From an uncultured archaeon (GTDB taxonomy: Archaea; Thermoproteota; Nitrososphaeria_A; Caldarchaeales; Wolframiiraptoraceae), in NCBI GenBank assembly GCA_938083505.1, contig CALKCF010000002.1, positions 143,065-207,064 on the forward strand: 64,000 nt of DNA, written 5' to 3'. How positions within the stretch are numbered: the stretch's first letter is position 1; each line of letters opens with the position of its first letter. Under the pieces are notes generated by a model. That model was not told the origin of the DNA. It did not search any database and saw only the letters and a list, made by a program, of their open reading frames with translations. This document shows, piece after piece, positions 1 to 9,977 of this stretch. The position numbers and the translations under genes were made by a program.

Positions 1-794
1 GTATTGGGCGATTATATAAACTCTGTCCTAATAAGAAGAAACAAGCGCGCCCAAGTCGCTGGTAACCTAAAGTGGATCATTATACCCCTACAGGCAACAT
101 TGAGCAGCGTTCTAGCACTCATTAAAGCCCTAACTTGAATCTTTAGGAAACTTATGCAAATGGTCTCTCACCATACGTTTCTATAATACAGGTTCCACTT
201 GAACTTACGGTAAACATATACTTCTTCTCAGTAATACTTGCCGTTACTATCAGTAGTAGCCTCACAATATACTTCGTTGAGGGAGAGTCGCGCTTTACGC
301 TACTTACGTACATTGGTCTGCTTATGATAATCTCAGCAGCATCGTTCTTGATGGTATAGTTCTCCGTCGGGTCACTTTTCCGTACGATGTTTAATATAGA
401 AGAGTTGAGCAATCTTGTAAGATGGGTTAGATGCAGGATTTATCTGATATCGAGTTGATGTTTGCACTTTTTGTTTTTTAGTAATATTTTACATTACATT
501 ATGTGTAGTCTTATTATATGTAAAGATCAGGACACCTAAGGCATTGTCCAACACCCCAAGACACGTTCTGGCAGGATATACATCCAGCCAAGCCGAGCAT
601 GTCAGATATGACGAATCTCATTACCATAATACTCTTAAAAATGAGGGCAGGGCCATAGTGCAGACAATACAAACATCGTATCAGCAAAAGCTGTTTTAAA
701 CTCTGAGCCTTCTTTACAGTCACAGCAACCTCAATTAACTAAGAGCGAAAGTGTCATTAACCTTAACGAAGGTTCAGATGAAGTTGAAAAGTTC

Positions 795-1025
795 ATGGAA
801 TTAATAGAAAGTTCGGTGAAGAATTTACAAATAAGTAAAGGAGTCAGAGGTGCGTCAGACGAAGGTGTAGACGTCACAAGCCAAGATCAGGTTAAAATCT
901 TATTAGATAATTATGGTAGATCAGATCACCAAGGCATCTCCGAAGACTTTGTTAAGAACCTAAAATATCTAAAAGATGCGATCGATGAACTTAAGAGACG
1001 CACAACCAATGACACTATTTCTTAA
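795..1025 (+). CDS. hypothetical protein (possibly a remnant)
   Basis: 76-aa ORF with helical, charged composition just upstream of the FrhB-like gene; no recognisable motif. Confidence 0.3.
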   Translation: MELIESSVKNLQISKGVRGASDEGVDVTSQDQVKILLDNYGRSDHQGISEDFVKNLKYLKDAIDELKRRTTNDTIS

Positions 1026-1068
1026 ACATAATAATTTAAATAGAAGAGCATTAAATTAATTTATTGAA

Positions 1069-2442
1069 ATGGTAACACTAACCACATCAGGCTCTGTTTT
1101 GAGTTACACCCCAAGTTTTGAACTTTTAAATAGGTGGGTAATCGAAAAGCAAATTTGTTGTTATTGTGGCACATGTGCAGGTGTATGCCCCAGGATAGTA
1201 TTGAATGGAAAAGTTCCAAGACTCATAGATTACTGTTCCGAGTGTGGAAATTGTTATAAATACTGTCCCCAGACCTACACACCTGTTAATGAATTTGAGA
1301 GAAAAATATTCCCTGGCACAAATAAGGAAGAATATTTAGGATACTACGAAAAATGCATATTTGCACAAAGTACCGATAAAAGCATACTTTCCGTAGCGCA
1401 AAACGGAGGTTTAGTGAGTGCATTATTAATTCATGCATTGGAGACCGGGCTAATAGATGGCGCCATTCTGACAATAACTGACAAAAATTGGATGCCTAAG
1501 CCCATGCTTGCTAGAACCCCTGAAGAAATAAAGAGGGCGGCTGGCTCAAAATATGTTATGTCCCCAAATATGTTGATTTATCGCGAAGTAATTAATGATC
1601 CGACGATTAAAAAGGTCGCTGTCGTAGGACTTCCATGCCAAATTAGGGCTGCAAGGAAGTTACAAATGGAGCCTATAATCCCTGTTGAGAATGGAAAGAT
1701 CGAGTTTATAATCGGATTATTCTGCCACAGGAATTTTTCCTATGAGGGTCTATTGGAGACGGTTAAAAAGATTCTAAACATCGATCTCTACGAGGTAAAG
1801 AAGTTCGATATACGGAAGGGAAAGTTCACGATCCTCACCCAGGAGGGTAAACAAGTAGAGTTACCTGTAAAAGAGCTCAGCAAACATTCTTGGTCGTCGT
1901 GCGCTTCCTGTACTGACTTCACGGGAAGGTTGGCGGATATATCTGTCGGCAATGTTGGCATCATAGACGTCGATTGGAGCTTGGCTATAGTCAGGTCTAA
2001 GAAAGCCATGGAGCTCCTAGATAGTGCAGTGAAAGCTGGAAAGCTGAGAATAGCCGAGGGTAAAGATGCTATAGAAGTAATATTAAAAGAGGCACAAAAG
2101 AAGGCAGAGAGGCGGGAAAAGGTTAGTGAGCTACTGTACCAATACTTCTCTGAGCTTGGCATACCTTCAGACGAGGTGCGTGCATACTTTACTCTGCTGA
2201 CACTAGGAGGTGCCAGTTCTGAAGAGCTCTCAAAAGCACTCAACATTGGTGGGGCAGAATTAGATGCAATTCTTGCGAGGCTCTGTGAAAAAGGATGGAC
2301 AGTTAAGCATGAAGACCGTTATATACCTACTAGACCGTCTCTCGTTCTACGAATTGAAGTGACAAAGTTCCACAATTTAATCAAGAAGGTTTTAGAGAAA
2401 GAGTCTGAGTTGGAGGGCATATACGCAAGGAAGTTTGGCTAG
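1069..2442 (+). CDS. FrhB/FdhB-family (F420-dependent hydrogenase/dehydrogenase beta subunit-like) Fe-S flavoprotein with C-terminal TrmB-like winged HTH
   Basis: Two CxxCxxCxxxCP ferredoxin motifs; FrhB motifs QNGGLVSALL, AAGSKY, VVGLPCQ, IGLFC, CASCTDF..ADISVG; C-terminal ELGIPSDEVRAYFTLL...SSEELSKALNI...ILARLCEKGW resembles the TrmB wHTH. Confidence 0.85.
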   Translation: MVTLTTSGSVLSYTPSFELLNRWVIEKQICCYCGTCAGVCPRIVLNGKVPRLIDYCSECGNCYKYCPQTYTPVNEFERKIFPGTNKEEYLGYYEKCIFAQSTDKSILSVAQNGGLVSALLIHALETGLIDGAILTITDKNWMPKPMLARTPEEIKRAAGSKYVMSPNMLIYREVINDPTIKKVAVVGLPCQIRAARKLQMEPIIPVENGKIEFIIGLFCHRNFSYEGLLETVKKILNIDLYEVKKFDIRKGKFTILTQEGKQVELPVKELSKHSWSSCASCTDFTGRLADISVGNVGIIDVDWSLAIVRSKKAMELLDSAVKAGKLRIAEGKDAIEVILKEAQKKAERREKVSELLYQYFSELGIPSDEVRAYFTLLTLGGASSEELSKALNIGGAELDAILARLCEKGWTVKHEDRYIPTRPSLVLRIEVTKFHNLIKKVLEKESELEGIYARKFG

Positions 2443-2597
2443 TCGCATCTACGCTATTTTTCATTGTTGAACGTCGCTTGCTCACATTATCAACTATTCC
2501 GTAATTGGTAGAGAATATAGAATATACTACGACATAATAAGGTTCACGCGCAGACTCTTCCATCAGCATCCTTAATGATATTAATAACTACCTCAAC

Positions 2598-2614
2598 CCG
2601 GCCCCGGGTTCAAA
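2598..2614. repeat. 17-nt inverted repeat of the tRNA-Asp variable loop/T-arm in the tRNA 3' trailer
   Basis: ccggccccgggttcaaa (2598-2614) is the reverse complement of tttgaacccgggtccgg (2667-2683) with one mismatch. Confidence 0.85.
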
Positions 2615-2620
2615 AAATCT

Positions 2621-2727
2621 TGGCGCCCTTCGGCGGGTGGGGTTTTCAACCCTCCCATGGCCGGGATTTGAACCCGGGTCCGGCGGGCGACAGCCGCCGA
2701 TACTAGACCGGACTATACTACCAGGGC
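2621..2727 (-). tRNA. tRNA-Asp(GUC) with 29-nt intron at 68/69 and encoded CCA
   Basis: Cloverleaf GCCCUGG...GGCGG-CUGUCGC-CCGCC...CCGGG-UUCAAAU-CCCGG; the acceptor 3' strand CCAGGGC-G-CCA is restored only after removing 2629-2657. Confidence 0.93.
2629..2657 (-). other. BHB-type tRNA intron (position 68/69)
   Basis: CC-CGGC-CA^U-GGG...CCC-GCCG-AA^G-GG forms a canonical bulge(3)-helix(4)-bulge(3). Confidence 0.9.
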
Positions 2728-2831
2728 TCCATCTGAATATGGTAAAAAGAACCTCTATAAAGCAATTCTTAAAGTTTTCTAGAAAATTAAGGTAGCAAGG
2801 ATTTTATCCCAGCATAAAAGGTTTTGGCTAC

Positions 2832-3368
2832 ATGGAGCCAAGGGAGCTTTTAGGTATAATAAAGGGAAGGAGATCTGTGAGAAGGTTCTTGGAGAAGAGG
2901 ATTCCTGACGAGTGTCTGAAGCTCATAATGGAGGCGGGCATATGGGCTCCAAGCGGGAGCAACATACAGCCATGGCAGTTCATTCTCGTAAGAGACCCCA
3001 TATTGATAAAGAAGATAAAGCTCATATCTCCAGGCCTATTTGGTAACCCTGATGCACTGATCGTAGCGTGTGTGGACAAGAATAGGTACGAGAAGGCTGG
3101 TAAGATAGGCTACACGCTGTCGCTCATGGACATATCCATGGCAACCCAGAACATGATGCTAATGGCGTACAGCCTCGGCATAGGGTCATGTCCGATAGCA
3201 TCTTTCAACAAGCTAGCCGTGAGTGAAATTCTCGAGCTCCCGGATAGCTTTGAACCTGTCTTGATGATCAGTTTAGGGTATCCTGAAGAGTGGCCTCGTC
3301 CTCCAGAAAGGAGGCCTCTTAGTGAGGTGGTTTATGTAGATGGTTATGGAAAGCATTATAGAGGATGA
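2832..3368 (+). CDS. nitroreductase-family flavoprotein
   Basis: RRSVRRF, APSGSNIQPWQF, D.SMATQNMMLMAYSLGIGSC motifs. Confidence 0.92.
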   Translation: MEPRELLGIIKGRRSVRRFLEKRIPDECLKLIMEAGIWAPSGSNIQPWQFILVRDPILIKKIKLISPGLFGNPDALIVACVDKNRYEKAGKIGYTLSLMDISMATQNMMLMAYSLGIGSCPIASFNKLAVSEILELPDSFEPVLMISLGYPEEWPRPPERRPLSEVVYVDGYGKHYRG

Positions 3369-3645
3369 GCACTTCAAGCTCCTAACTTTTCTCATAGTTA
3401 GTGCAAGAGGTTGTGTTGATGAACCTTCGCTCTATGGACCGCTCAGGCTAATAGATGCTGCAGAGAGGTTAATAGGCCTGATGGACAAAATGGGAAAAGC
3501 TGACAAAAGGTTAATAGAAATAATGGAAACCATACGTGAAAGAAAGTTCAGCGTCATGAGTAATGAGGCGGAGTTTATCAAGTTGTTGGACGAACTTGTC
3601 TTAAGAATTTCAAGAATAATTAAAGAAACACAACTTACAAGGTGA
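3340..3645 (+). CDS. conserved hypothetical protein (DUF6092-like)
   Basis: SARGCVDEP.LYGPLRLIDAA motif recalled from this small-protein family; overlaps the nitroreductase stop. Confidence 0.7.
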   Translation: MVMESIIEDEHFKLLTFLIVSARGCVDEPSLYGPLRLIDAAERLIGLMDKMGKADKRLIEIMETIRERKFSVMSNEAEFIKLLDELVLRISRIIKETQLTR

Positions 3646-3780
3646 TCTCATCCCTACTAATCTCGAAAAACCTATCGTAGCATTTGCTCAGGGTTGAAAG
3701 TTCTTTTTAAAAACCTCTAATCTTTGTGAACTAACCTTCAGCGGACTTAAAAGGGTATCAGACATAAAAATGAAATTATA

Positions 3781-3855
3781 TAGCGGGGGATGGATTTGAA
3801 CCATCGATCTCCGGGTTATGAGCCCGGCGGGTTATCCTGGCTACCCTACCCCGCT
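3781..3855 (-). tRNA. initiator tRNA-Met(CAU)
   Basis: AGCGGGG 5' end with A1-U72, anticodon stem with three consecutive G-C pairs, loop CUCAUAA, T-loop UUCAAAU. Confidence 0.95.
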
Positions 3856-3959
3856 TCGGCACTAAGAATAACTTCGCCTAAATAAATACGTTAACGCACT
3901 AACTTTATATTTAATAATAAATAATATTTATTAATGTAAAAAAGACATTAATTAAAATC

Positions 3960-5807
3960 ATGGTGTTGGGTTACAACAAGCTTCTGTATTTAGACTTGAA
4001 CTCGGGTAAAGTTGAGGAGAAGGATGTTGACGAGGAGCTGGCATATGGTTTCATAGGTGGCCGTGGATGGGCAGCTTACATTGTGTTTAAGGAGCTTGAT
4101 AACATAATTGACGGTCTTCATCCTTCTAACGTGCTTGTTGTTGCAACCGGACCGTTAACCGCCATACCATTTCAAAGTGGTGGAAAGGCAACGTTCGCAA
4201 GTATAAGCCCACAGACTGGCATATACGGCGATAGCAACGTAGGCGGCTTCTTTGGTTATAGGATGAGGAGGGCTGGAGTAGATGCATTAGTGATTAAAGG
4301 CGCATCTCCACACCCCGTCTACTTACTTGTGGCCGATGGCAAGGTAGAGATTCATGATGCGGAGAAGCTTTGGGGCCTTAACTCGCAGGAGACCGATGTA
4401 AAGTTAGTGAATGAATACGGTGATTGTTCCGTCGCCTCAATAGGCACAGCTGGCGAGAAGTTGGTGAAGTTCGCTTGTATTAACGTAGACTGGTCGAGGA
4501 AAAGAATGCGGCATGCTCAAGCAGGAAGGACAGGGGTAGGCGCTGTCATGGGTTCGAAGAGGTTGAAGGCGATAGTTGCGATGGGTGACAAAGAGGTTAA
4601 GGTTGCAGATGAAGAGAGGTTGAGGGAGGCTGCAAAGAAGCTTCAGAAAATGGTGATGGAGAGTCCAAATTACGAAGCCTGGAGAAAGTATGGAACACTG
4701 GCTACGATCGAATGGTCGAACAAGGCAGAATGTCTGCCGACGTATAATTTCCAAAAAACGGTTTTTGAGTACGCGGATAATATAGGCGGCGACGCCATGG
4801 ATAGGGTGAGAGTATCTACGAGGAGTTGCTCCAACTGCATAATTCCATGCGAGCATGTTGTTCCGTTTAAGTTGAACGGAAAAGGTGAAGTTGGCATCGA
4901 ATATGAGACGGCAGCAATGTTGGGTTCAAACCTCGGGCTGAAGAGTATTGAAGAAGTTGCAAAAGCAAACTACCTGTGCGATTATTACGGACTGGACACT
5001 ATCAGCACAGGCTCGGTGCTTGCATTCGTCATAGAGTGCTACAAGAGGGGGTTGATCACGGAGAAGGAGTTAGGCCTTGTGCCGGATTGGGGCGATATAA
5101 ATGCCATATGCAAGATGATAATAATGATCGCAAATAGGGAGGGCTTTGGTGATGTAATGGCAGAAGGCGTAAAGGCTCTAGCTGAGCGTATAGGCAAGGG
5201 CTCGGAAACTTTCGCCATGCACGTGAAGGGTTTAGAGATCAGTGCTTATGATCACAGAGCCGCGACCGCCATGGCCCTAAGTTACGCAACTTGTGACATA
5301 GGTGCGCATCATAACAGGTCTTGGGCGATAACCTATGACCTCGAGGTTGGTAGGGACAAGTACACAGAGGACAAGGTCAAGAAAGTCATCTACCTTCAGC
5401 ACATAAGACCGTTATTTGACATTTTAGGAGTTTGTAGGTTTTACTGGGTGGAGCTTGGTATCGACCCTAATGTTTATGCGGATGCGTACTCTGCAGTTAC
5501 CGGAAAGGAATTTACACTAGACGACCTCTTGTTTAGGTCGGAAAGGGTTTGGAATTTAACTAGGGCCATTGCAGTCATTCGCAAAGGTATAAGCATGAAG
5601 GACGACTTATTGCCGGAAAGGGACTTCTCGGATCCCGTTCCAGAAGGGCGTACGAAGGGTGCAAAGCTGGATAAGGGTAAGTTCATAGAGATGCTGAAGA
5701 TGTATTACACTCTCAGGGGCTGGGATGAACTCGGCAGACCGACCTATGAGAAACTCATGAAGATCGGTTTGGAAGAAGTTGCCAAAAAGCTTTACGGAAA
5801 ATCTTAA
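3960..5807 (+). CDS. aor: tungsten-containing aldehyde:ferredoxin oxidoreductase family protein
   Basis: GGRG, GRTGVGAVMGSKRLKAI, CxxCxxxC, EYET, GLDTIS, YY.LRGWDE.G.P motifs. Confidence 0.92.
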   Translation: MVLGYNKLLYLDLNSGKVEEKDVDEELAYGFIGGRGWAAYIVFKELDNIIDGLHPSNVLVVATGPLTAIPFQSGGKATFASISPQTGIYGDSNVGGFFGYRMRRAGVDALVIKGASPHPVYLLVADGKVEIHDAEKLWGLNSQETDVKLVNEYGDCSVASIGTAGEKLVKFACINVDWSRKRMRHAQAGRTGVGAVMGSKRLKAIVAMGDKEVKVADEERLREAAKKLQKMVMESPNYEAWRKYGTLATIEWSNKAECLPTYNFQKTVFEYADNIGGDAMDRVRVSTRSCSNCIIPCEHVVPFKLNGKGEVGIEYETAAMLGSNLGLKSIEEVAKANYLCDYYGLDTISTGSVLAFVIECYKRGLITEKELGLVPDWGDINAICKMIIMIANREGFGDVMAEGVKALAERIGKGSETFAMHVKGLEISAYDHRAATAMALSYATCDIGAHHNRSWAITYDLEVGRDKYTEDKVKKVIYLQHIRPLFDILGVCRFYWVELGIDPNVYADAYSAVTGKEFTLDDLLFRSERVWNLTRAIAVIRKGISMKDDLLPERDFSDPVPEGRTKGAKLDKGKFIEMLKMYYTLRGWDELGRPTYEKLMKIGLEEVAKKLYGKS

Positions 5808-5907
5808 AACAGAGGAAAGTCTTTTACGAATGCTAGTAAGCACATCCTTAAATTCATGTCAACGTACAATAACTATTTGTGCCAACGTTGATGCTGAGGG
5901 GAAGAGT

Positions 5908-6297
5908 ATGAGTAAACCGACTGATATGGGCTCTCTGAAAGTCGGACACAACGTCATAATAGATGGTGAACCTTGTAGGATAGTCGAACTGGAGAAGAGT
6001 AAGCCGGGTAAGCACGGTTCGGCTAAAGTCAGACTGGTCGCCATTGGGATCTTTGATGGTGTTAAAAGGAGCATAGTAGGACCTGCAGATAGCAAAGTTG
6101 AGGTTCCAATAATAGAAAAGAGGTCCGGTCAAGTTGTGTCGATAGGCGACGTGGTCAGCGTCATGGACTCCGAAAGTCTCCAAATAGTCGAGGTGCCGCT
6201 ACCGCAAGACGAGTCTTTGAGGAACAAGATAGAGCCAGGCGTTACTGTCGAGTACTGGACAATCATGAACAGACACTTATTAGTGGGTGTTAAGTAG
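5908..6297 (+). CDS. eif5a: translation factor aIF-5A
   Basis: Hypusine motif KSKPGKHGSAK; start moved to ATG 5908. Confidence 0.96.
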   Translation: MSKPTDMGSLKVGHNVIIDGEPCRIVELEKSKPGKHGSAKVRLVAIGIFDGVKRSIVGPADSKVEVPIIEKRSGQVVSIGDVVSVMDSESLQIVEVPLPQDESLRNKIEPGVTVEYWTIMNRHLLVGVK

Positions 6298-6672
6298 CCC
6301 GTTTAATAATCTTATATAGCCCTGGCCCTATCACTTATGCCTGGAATTATTCAGGTAATTTAACTGACTATATCCAATTAGAGCATTAGTCGCCTATAAC
6401 TCACAGAAGCAACGTGTAGAAGAACATAAAGAGGGGCAGAGAGTTCGTCGAAACGTTAGAGTGGCAACTCCACAGTATACAAGACGCTGAGACAACTCAT
6501 GAAAAAGATGATTGAAAGACCCACATAGAAAAGATGGACGAGAAGGTTAGGAAGGTAGCAAATATATAGATGAAACCTATTGATAGGATGCATGACCTTT
6601 ACTAAACTAACTACAGGCTGGAGTTAAAAAATTAATATGTAGCTCCATATGCATTACAGCATAATGCCTACT

Positions 6673-6904
6673 ATGCAAAGATACTGGATTGTTGTGAGGT
6701 ACCTCAAAATTGGTAGATCGTCTTAGCTTTTGGGAGGGCCTAGTAGAAAAGTTAACAATAGTCAGAAAGTGAGAGAAAATCCAATATTATGAGACCAGTG
6801 GAAGGTGCAGTTAGATATGACATCATACGTACAAAGTTTAAGCGGACAAGCCGCTTTGACCTAAGGAAGTTAAGGAGAATAGAGTTATCTGGCCTTACAG
6901 ATAA
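6673..6904 (+). pseudogene. decayed EVE-domain gene
   Basis: Fragments across frames: MQRYWIVV / PQNW / RPVEGAVRYDIIRTKFK / DKPL*PKEVKENRVIWPYR, matching the archaeal EVE pattern; several frameshifts and stops. Confidence 0.6.
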
Positions 6905-7150
6905 GCATCCTCCTGTGAAATTCCGTCATCTTTAAGGTCCATTCTTTTGCCAGCTCGATTGCATAGCCCTGTAGCTTCCTATTTATTCCATGCTTTTCCC
7001 ATTCCCTTCTCTTCTCCTCTATTTTTCTCCCTGAACTCCTCGTCCAGCTGTTCGGTGCTGAACACCTGGGTTTTGACACCCCTGGACTCAAGGAATCTGC
7101 GCACCAGGGGTCTTTTTGACAGAGCCCTCAGTACCGGGTACTCTTCAGAA
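6885..7150 (-). pseudogene. frameshifted remnant of an unknown (possibly mobile-element) gene
   Basis: YPVLRALSKRPLVRRFLESRGVKTQVFSTEQLDEEFREK continues in a shifted frame as IEEKRREWEKHGINRKL at an A-run; no clear start. Confidence 0.3.
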
Positions 7151-7173
7151 CCATTATTATAATCTTCTGAGGA

Positions 7174-8239
7174 ATGTTTGTGCTGAGCGATCGCGTTATA
7201 GCCAGTATTAGTAATTTTCTTCCGGGCTTCAGAAAATATTTAGCGACGGATGAGTGTAAGGAGTTTCTGAAGGAGAGGAGGGAAAGAGAACATGAGTTCA
7301 GGAATCTGCTGGGCAAGGACACTATCGAGCAACTTTCAGAGCCAGACTTCAAGCGTATAATTTCTTCGCTATGGGCTTATAAGATATGGACTAAAAAAGA
7401 TTACGTTGTCGATATGGTCTTGAAAAGTATCGACTTCAACACTCTGAGATCGGAGCTTAAGAACCTGCTTTATGGTGATATCCCTCTGGCTAAACGCTAT
7501 GATAGGTTTTTCGAGGCCGTCAGGGGTATTGGTCCCTGCAGGCGTTACGGAGATCCTCGCTTTCGTTGACCCATCACAGTATGGTATCTGGAATGATAAG
7601 AGTAGAAAAGCCCTCGATATTCTGGGACTGGGAGAGATGGTGCCAACCAAAAAGTATAAGATAAGCGGCTCGGAATATGAGAAATTCCTTGAAGCATTGA
7701 AATACATCTCCAAGATCGTTGAGCCAAATAAAACAGAGACAGACTTACTTTACGTGCACCTATTTCTGTACTTCATAACCACTAAAAATGTGGGAGAGTA
7801 TGGAGTCGCTACTGAAGAAGATTATTATTTTGACCATGATGAGATTGTTGAGAAGCTTGTTGAGTTAGGTAGCGGGCTGGGCTTCGAAGCCAGCAGTGAG
7901 GTACCGATAGCCAGAGGAGCCAGAGTGGACGTTCTCTGGCAGGCTAAAATAGCTAACCTCGGGGTCGTTAGTTATGTCTTCGAAGTTCAAAGAGGTGGGA
8001 GTATAGATTCTCTCATACTTAACCTACAAAAGGCCAAAAATAATCCCACAGTCCAGAAACTTATTGTGGTGGCCAACGCAAAGGACTTGAGGAAAGTGAG
8101 GGACGAAGTTGAGTCTCTGGGTGAAGAGTTTAGGAAATCGATAGTGTACATTGAGGTTAAAGATGTGTTAAGAACCTCAGAGCTACTGGGCGAGCTAAAC
8201 ATGATAATAAGCAAGCTCGAATTGGTGAAAAGTTTCTAG
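7174..8239 (+). pseudogene. restriction endonuclease-like gene (helical N-domain + PD-(D/E)XK-like C-domain) split by a 1-nt frameshift
   Basis: Removing one base at ggtccctgca (7531-7540) joins the ORFs as VRGIGPAGVTEILAFVDPSQYGIWN; C-terminal E..IARGARVDVLW...VFEVQ nuclease-like motif. Confidence 0.7.
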
Positions 8240-8375
8240 AACAACATTGCATTTTAAAAAGAGCAAAGGAAAAAAGAAGATTAACGATTTGCAGGCCTAT
8301 ATTTTCTTAACTCGACCTGAACCTCTAAAATTTTATATAATTTTTACAGACAAGGTACATCGGTGGGTTTTATTG

Positions 8376-9977
8376 ATGGATAAGAAGGATTTGTTAAACC
8401 TGCTGATGCTGATAGCCGCATCATATGCTTTGACGTTTCTAATACCTCCAATGGACTTTCCGCTGTCTGATGACTATGTATACTACAGCGAAGTTAAGAC
8501 ATTCCTTAAAAATGGTGAGATAAAGATGTATCCATCCACGATGGCAACGTCTGTTGTTCAAATAATCGTAGGCAGTGCATCATCATCTATACTTGGTCTA
8601 ACTCATAGAACGTTGATGTTAACGACAATGCTCATAAGCATCGTTCCAATAATCTTCACGTACCTTTGGTTAAGATTATGGGCTGATAGGTTTGCATCTT
8701 TCCTTGGATCCATTGTTATGCTTTTAAATCCTGTGTACTATTATCATAGTCACACATTCATGACGGATGTGTATTCTATGTCATTCATGGTGCCGTCGCT
8801 CTATTTCCTTTATACTGGTATTGTTAAGGGAAGCGATAGACGCATGGTGATCGGGGTTATAGTGTCCTTGCTAGGCTTTTGGGTCAGACAGTATGCCATA
8901 CTCACAGTTGGCGGCCCGATACTATTCTATGTTTATAGATTGTTGAAGTATAAGAAAAACGATTTTACTCTTAGGCGCATCTTTATTCTGGTGACGATCC
9001 CGGTAATTAACGTCTTAATATGGTGGGTGTTATTCCCGACACTTCATGACTTGGAACATGCATGTGTGTACGTCATCGGCATAGGTGGATGGGTTCCTAA
9101 GAATTTGCTTCAGTTCATACTTTTCTCAGGCTTTTTTGTCTTCCCAATGGGGTTTGTGTATTTATTAGGCGTAAAAAGGCTTGTAGAGGAATTTAATGGT
9201 TTGAACAAGTACTTCAAAATCCTTTTGGTTATGCTTTTTGTTACACTAATTGTATTTATGGTTTTAAGGACCCTCTACGGTCTCGGGAACAAATTTGTTC
9301 CAGCTATGCCCTTTGAGTATGCGACCGCAAACCCTAGAAGTGTTGGACCGGTACCCATATCGGGTTACAAGGATTATTTGTTTCCGTTGGAGCTCTGGTG
9401 GACTATCTCTGCGCTTTCTGTCGTGACTGCCTTCGGGACGCTTGTAGCTGGACTAAAAAGGCTTAATGAGGGGAGGTTTATACTGCTGTTTGCATTCATA
9501 GTGTCCTCAATGGTTCCCCAGACTTTTTACGGAAACTTCTTTGATAGATACTACATGTTAATGATTCCGTTGATGTTTCCAGTAATCTTTAGTTTTGTTC
9601 AGAATCGACGAATTCTAATACTGTGTCTTACTGTTACGGCCTTCATCATAGGCCTATGGTCGTATTACGGTGTGCATGATCACTTCTCGTGGAACTCTGC
9701 AAGGTGGGAAGGCATTAACTATCTTCTGAGCAACGGGGTTTCTGAACAAGAGATAGATGGCGGATTGGAGTACAATTCAAGGTTCTTCCAAGGATGCCAA
9801 AACATAAACGTAACGCCCGTGAGATGGTACGGATGGGGATACAGTATAAGCGATAGCTACATAATTTCCTTGAACAGCATATTGGATGGTTACGAGGTAC
9901 TTAAGGAGATACCTTATTATAACGTCTTTGGCACCGAAGTCGGAAAGATTTATGTCTTAAAGAAGTCTGTTTCTTAA
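8376..9977 (+). CDS. GT-C fold membrane glycosyltransferase (ArnT/PMT-like)
   Basis: DD motif (PLSDDYVY) after TM1, FMTDV, many TM helices, DRY motif, soluble C-terminus; start moved to ATG 8376. Confidence 0.82.
   Translation: MDKKDLLNLLMLIAASYALTFLIPPMDFPLSDDYVYYSEVKTFLKNGEIKMYPSTMATSVVQIIVGSASSSILGLTHRTLMLTTMLISIVPIIFTYLWLRLWADRFASFLGSIVMLLNPVYYYHSHTFMTDVYSMSFMVPSLYFLYTGIVKGSDRRMVIGVIVSLLGFWVRQYAILTVGGPILFYVYRLLKYKKNDFTLRRIFILVTIPVINVLIWWVLFPTLHDLEHACVYVIGIGGWVPKNLLQFILFSGFFVFPMGFVYLLGVKRLVEEFNGLNKYFKILLVMLFVTLIVFMVLRTLYGLGNKFVPAMPFEYATANPRSVGPVPISGYKDYLFPLELWWTISALSVVTAFGTLVAGLKRLNEGRFILLFAFIVSSMVPQTFYGNFFDRYYMLMIPLMFPVIFSFVQNRRILILCLTVTAFIIGLWSYYGVHDHFSWNSARWEGINYLLSNGVSEQEIDGGLEYNSRFFQGCQNINVTPVRWYGWGYSISDSYIISLNSILDGYEVLKEIPYYNVFGTEVGKIYVLKKSVS

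Noticed and set aside
1-790. Short ORFs 152-412 and 514-723
   Set aside because: No recognisable motifs or convincing starts; probably degraded or non-coding
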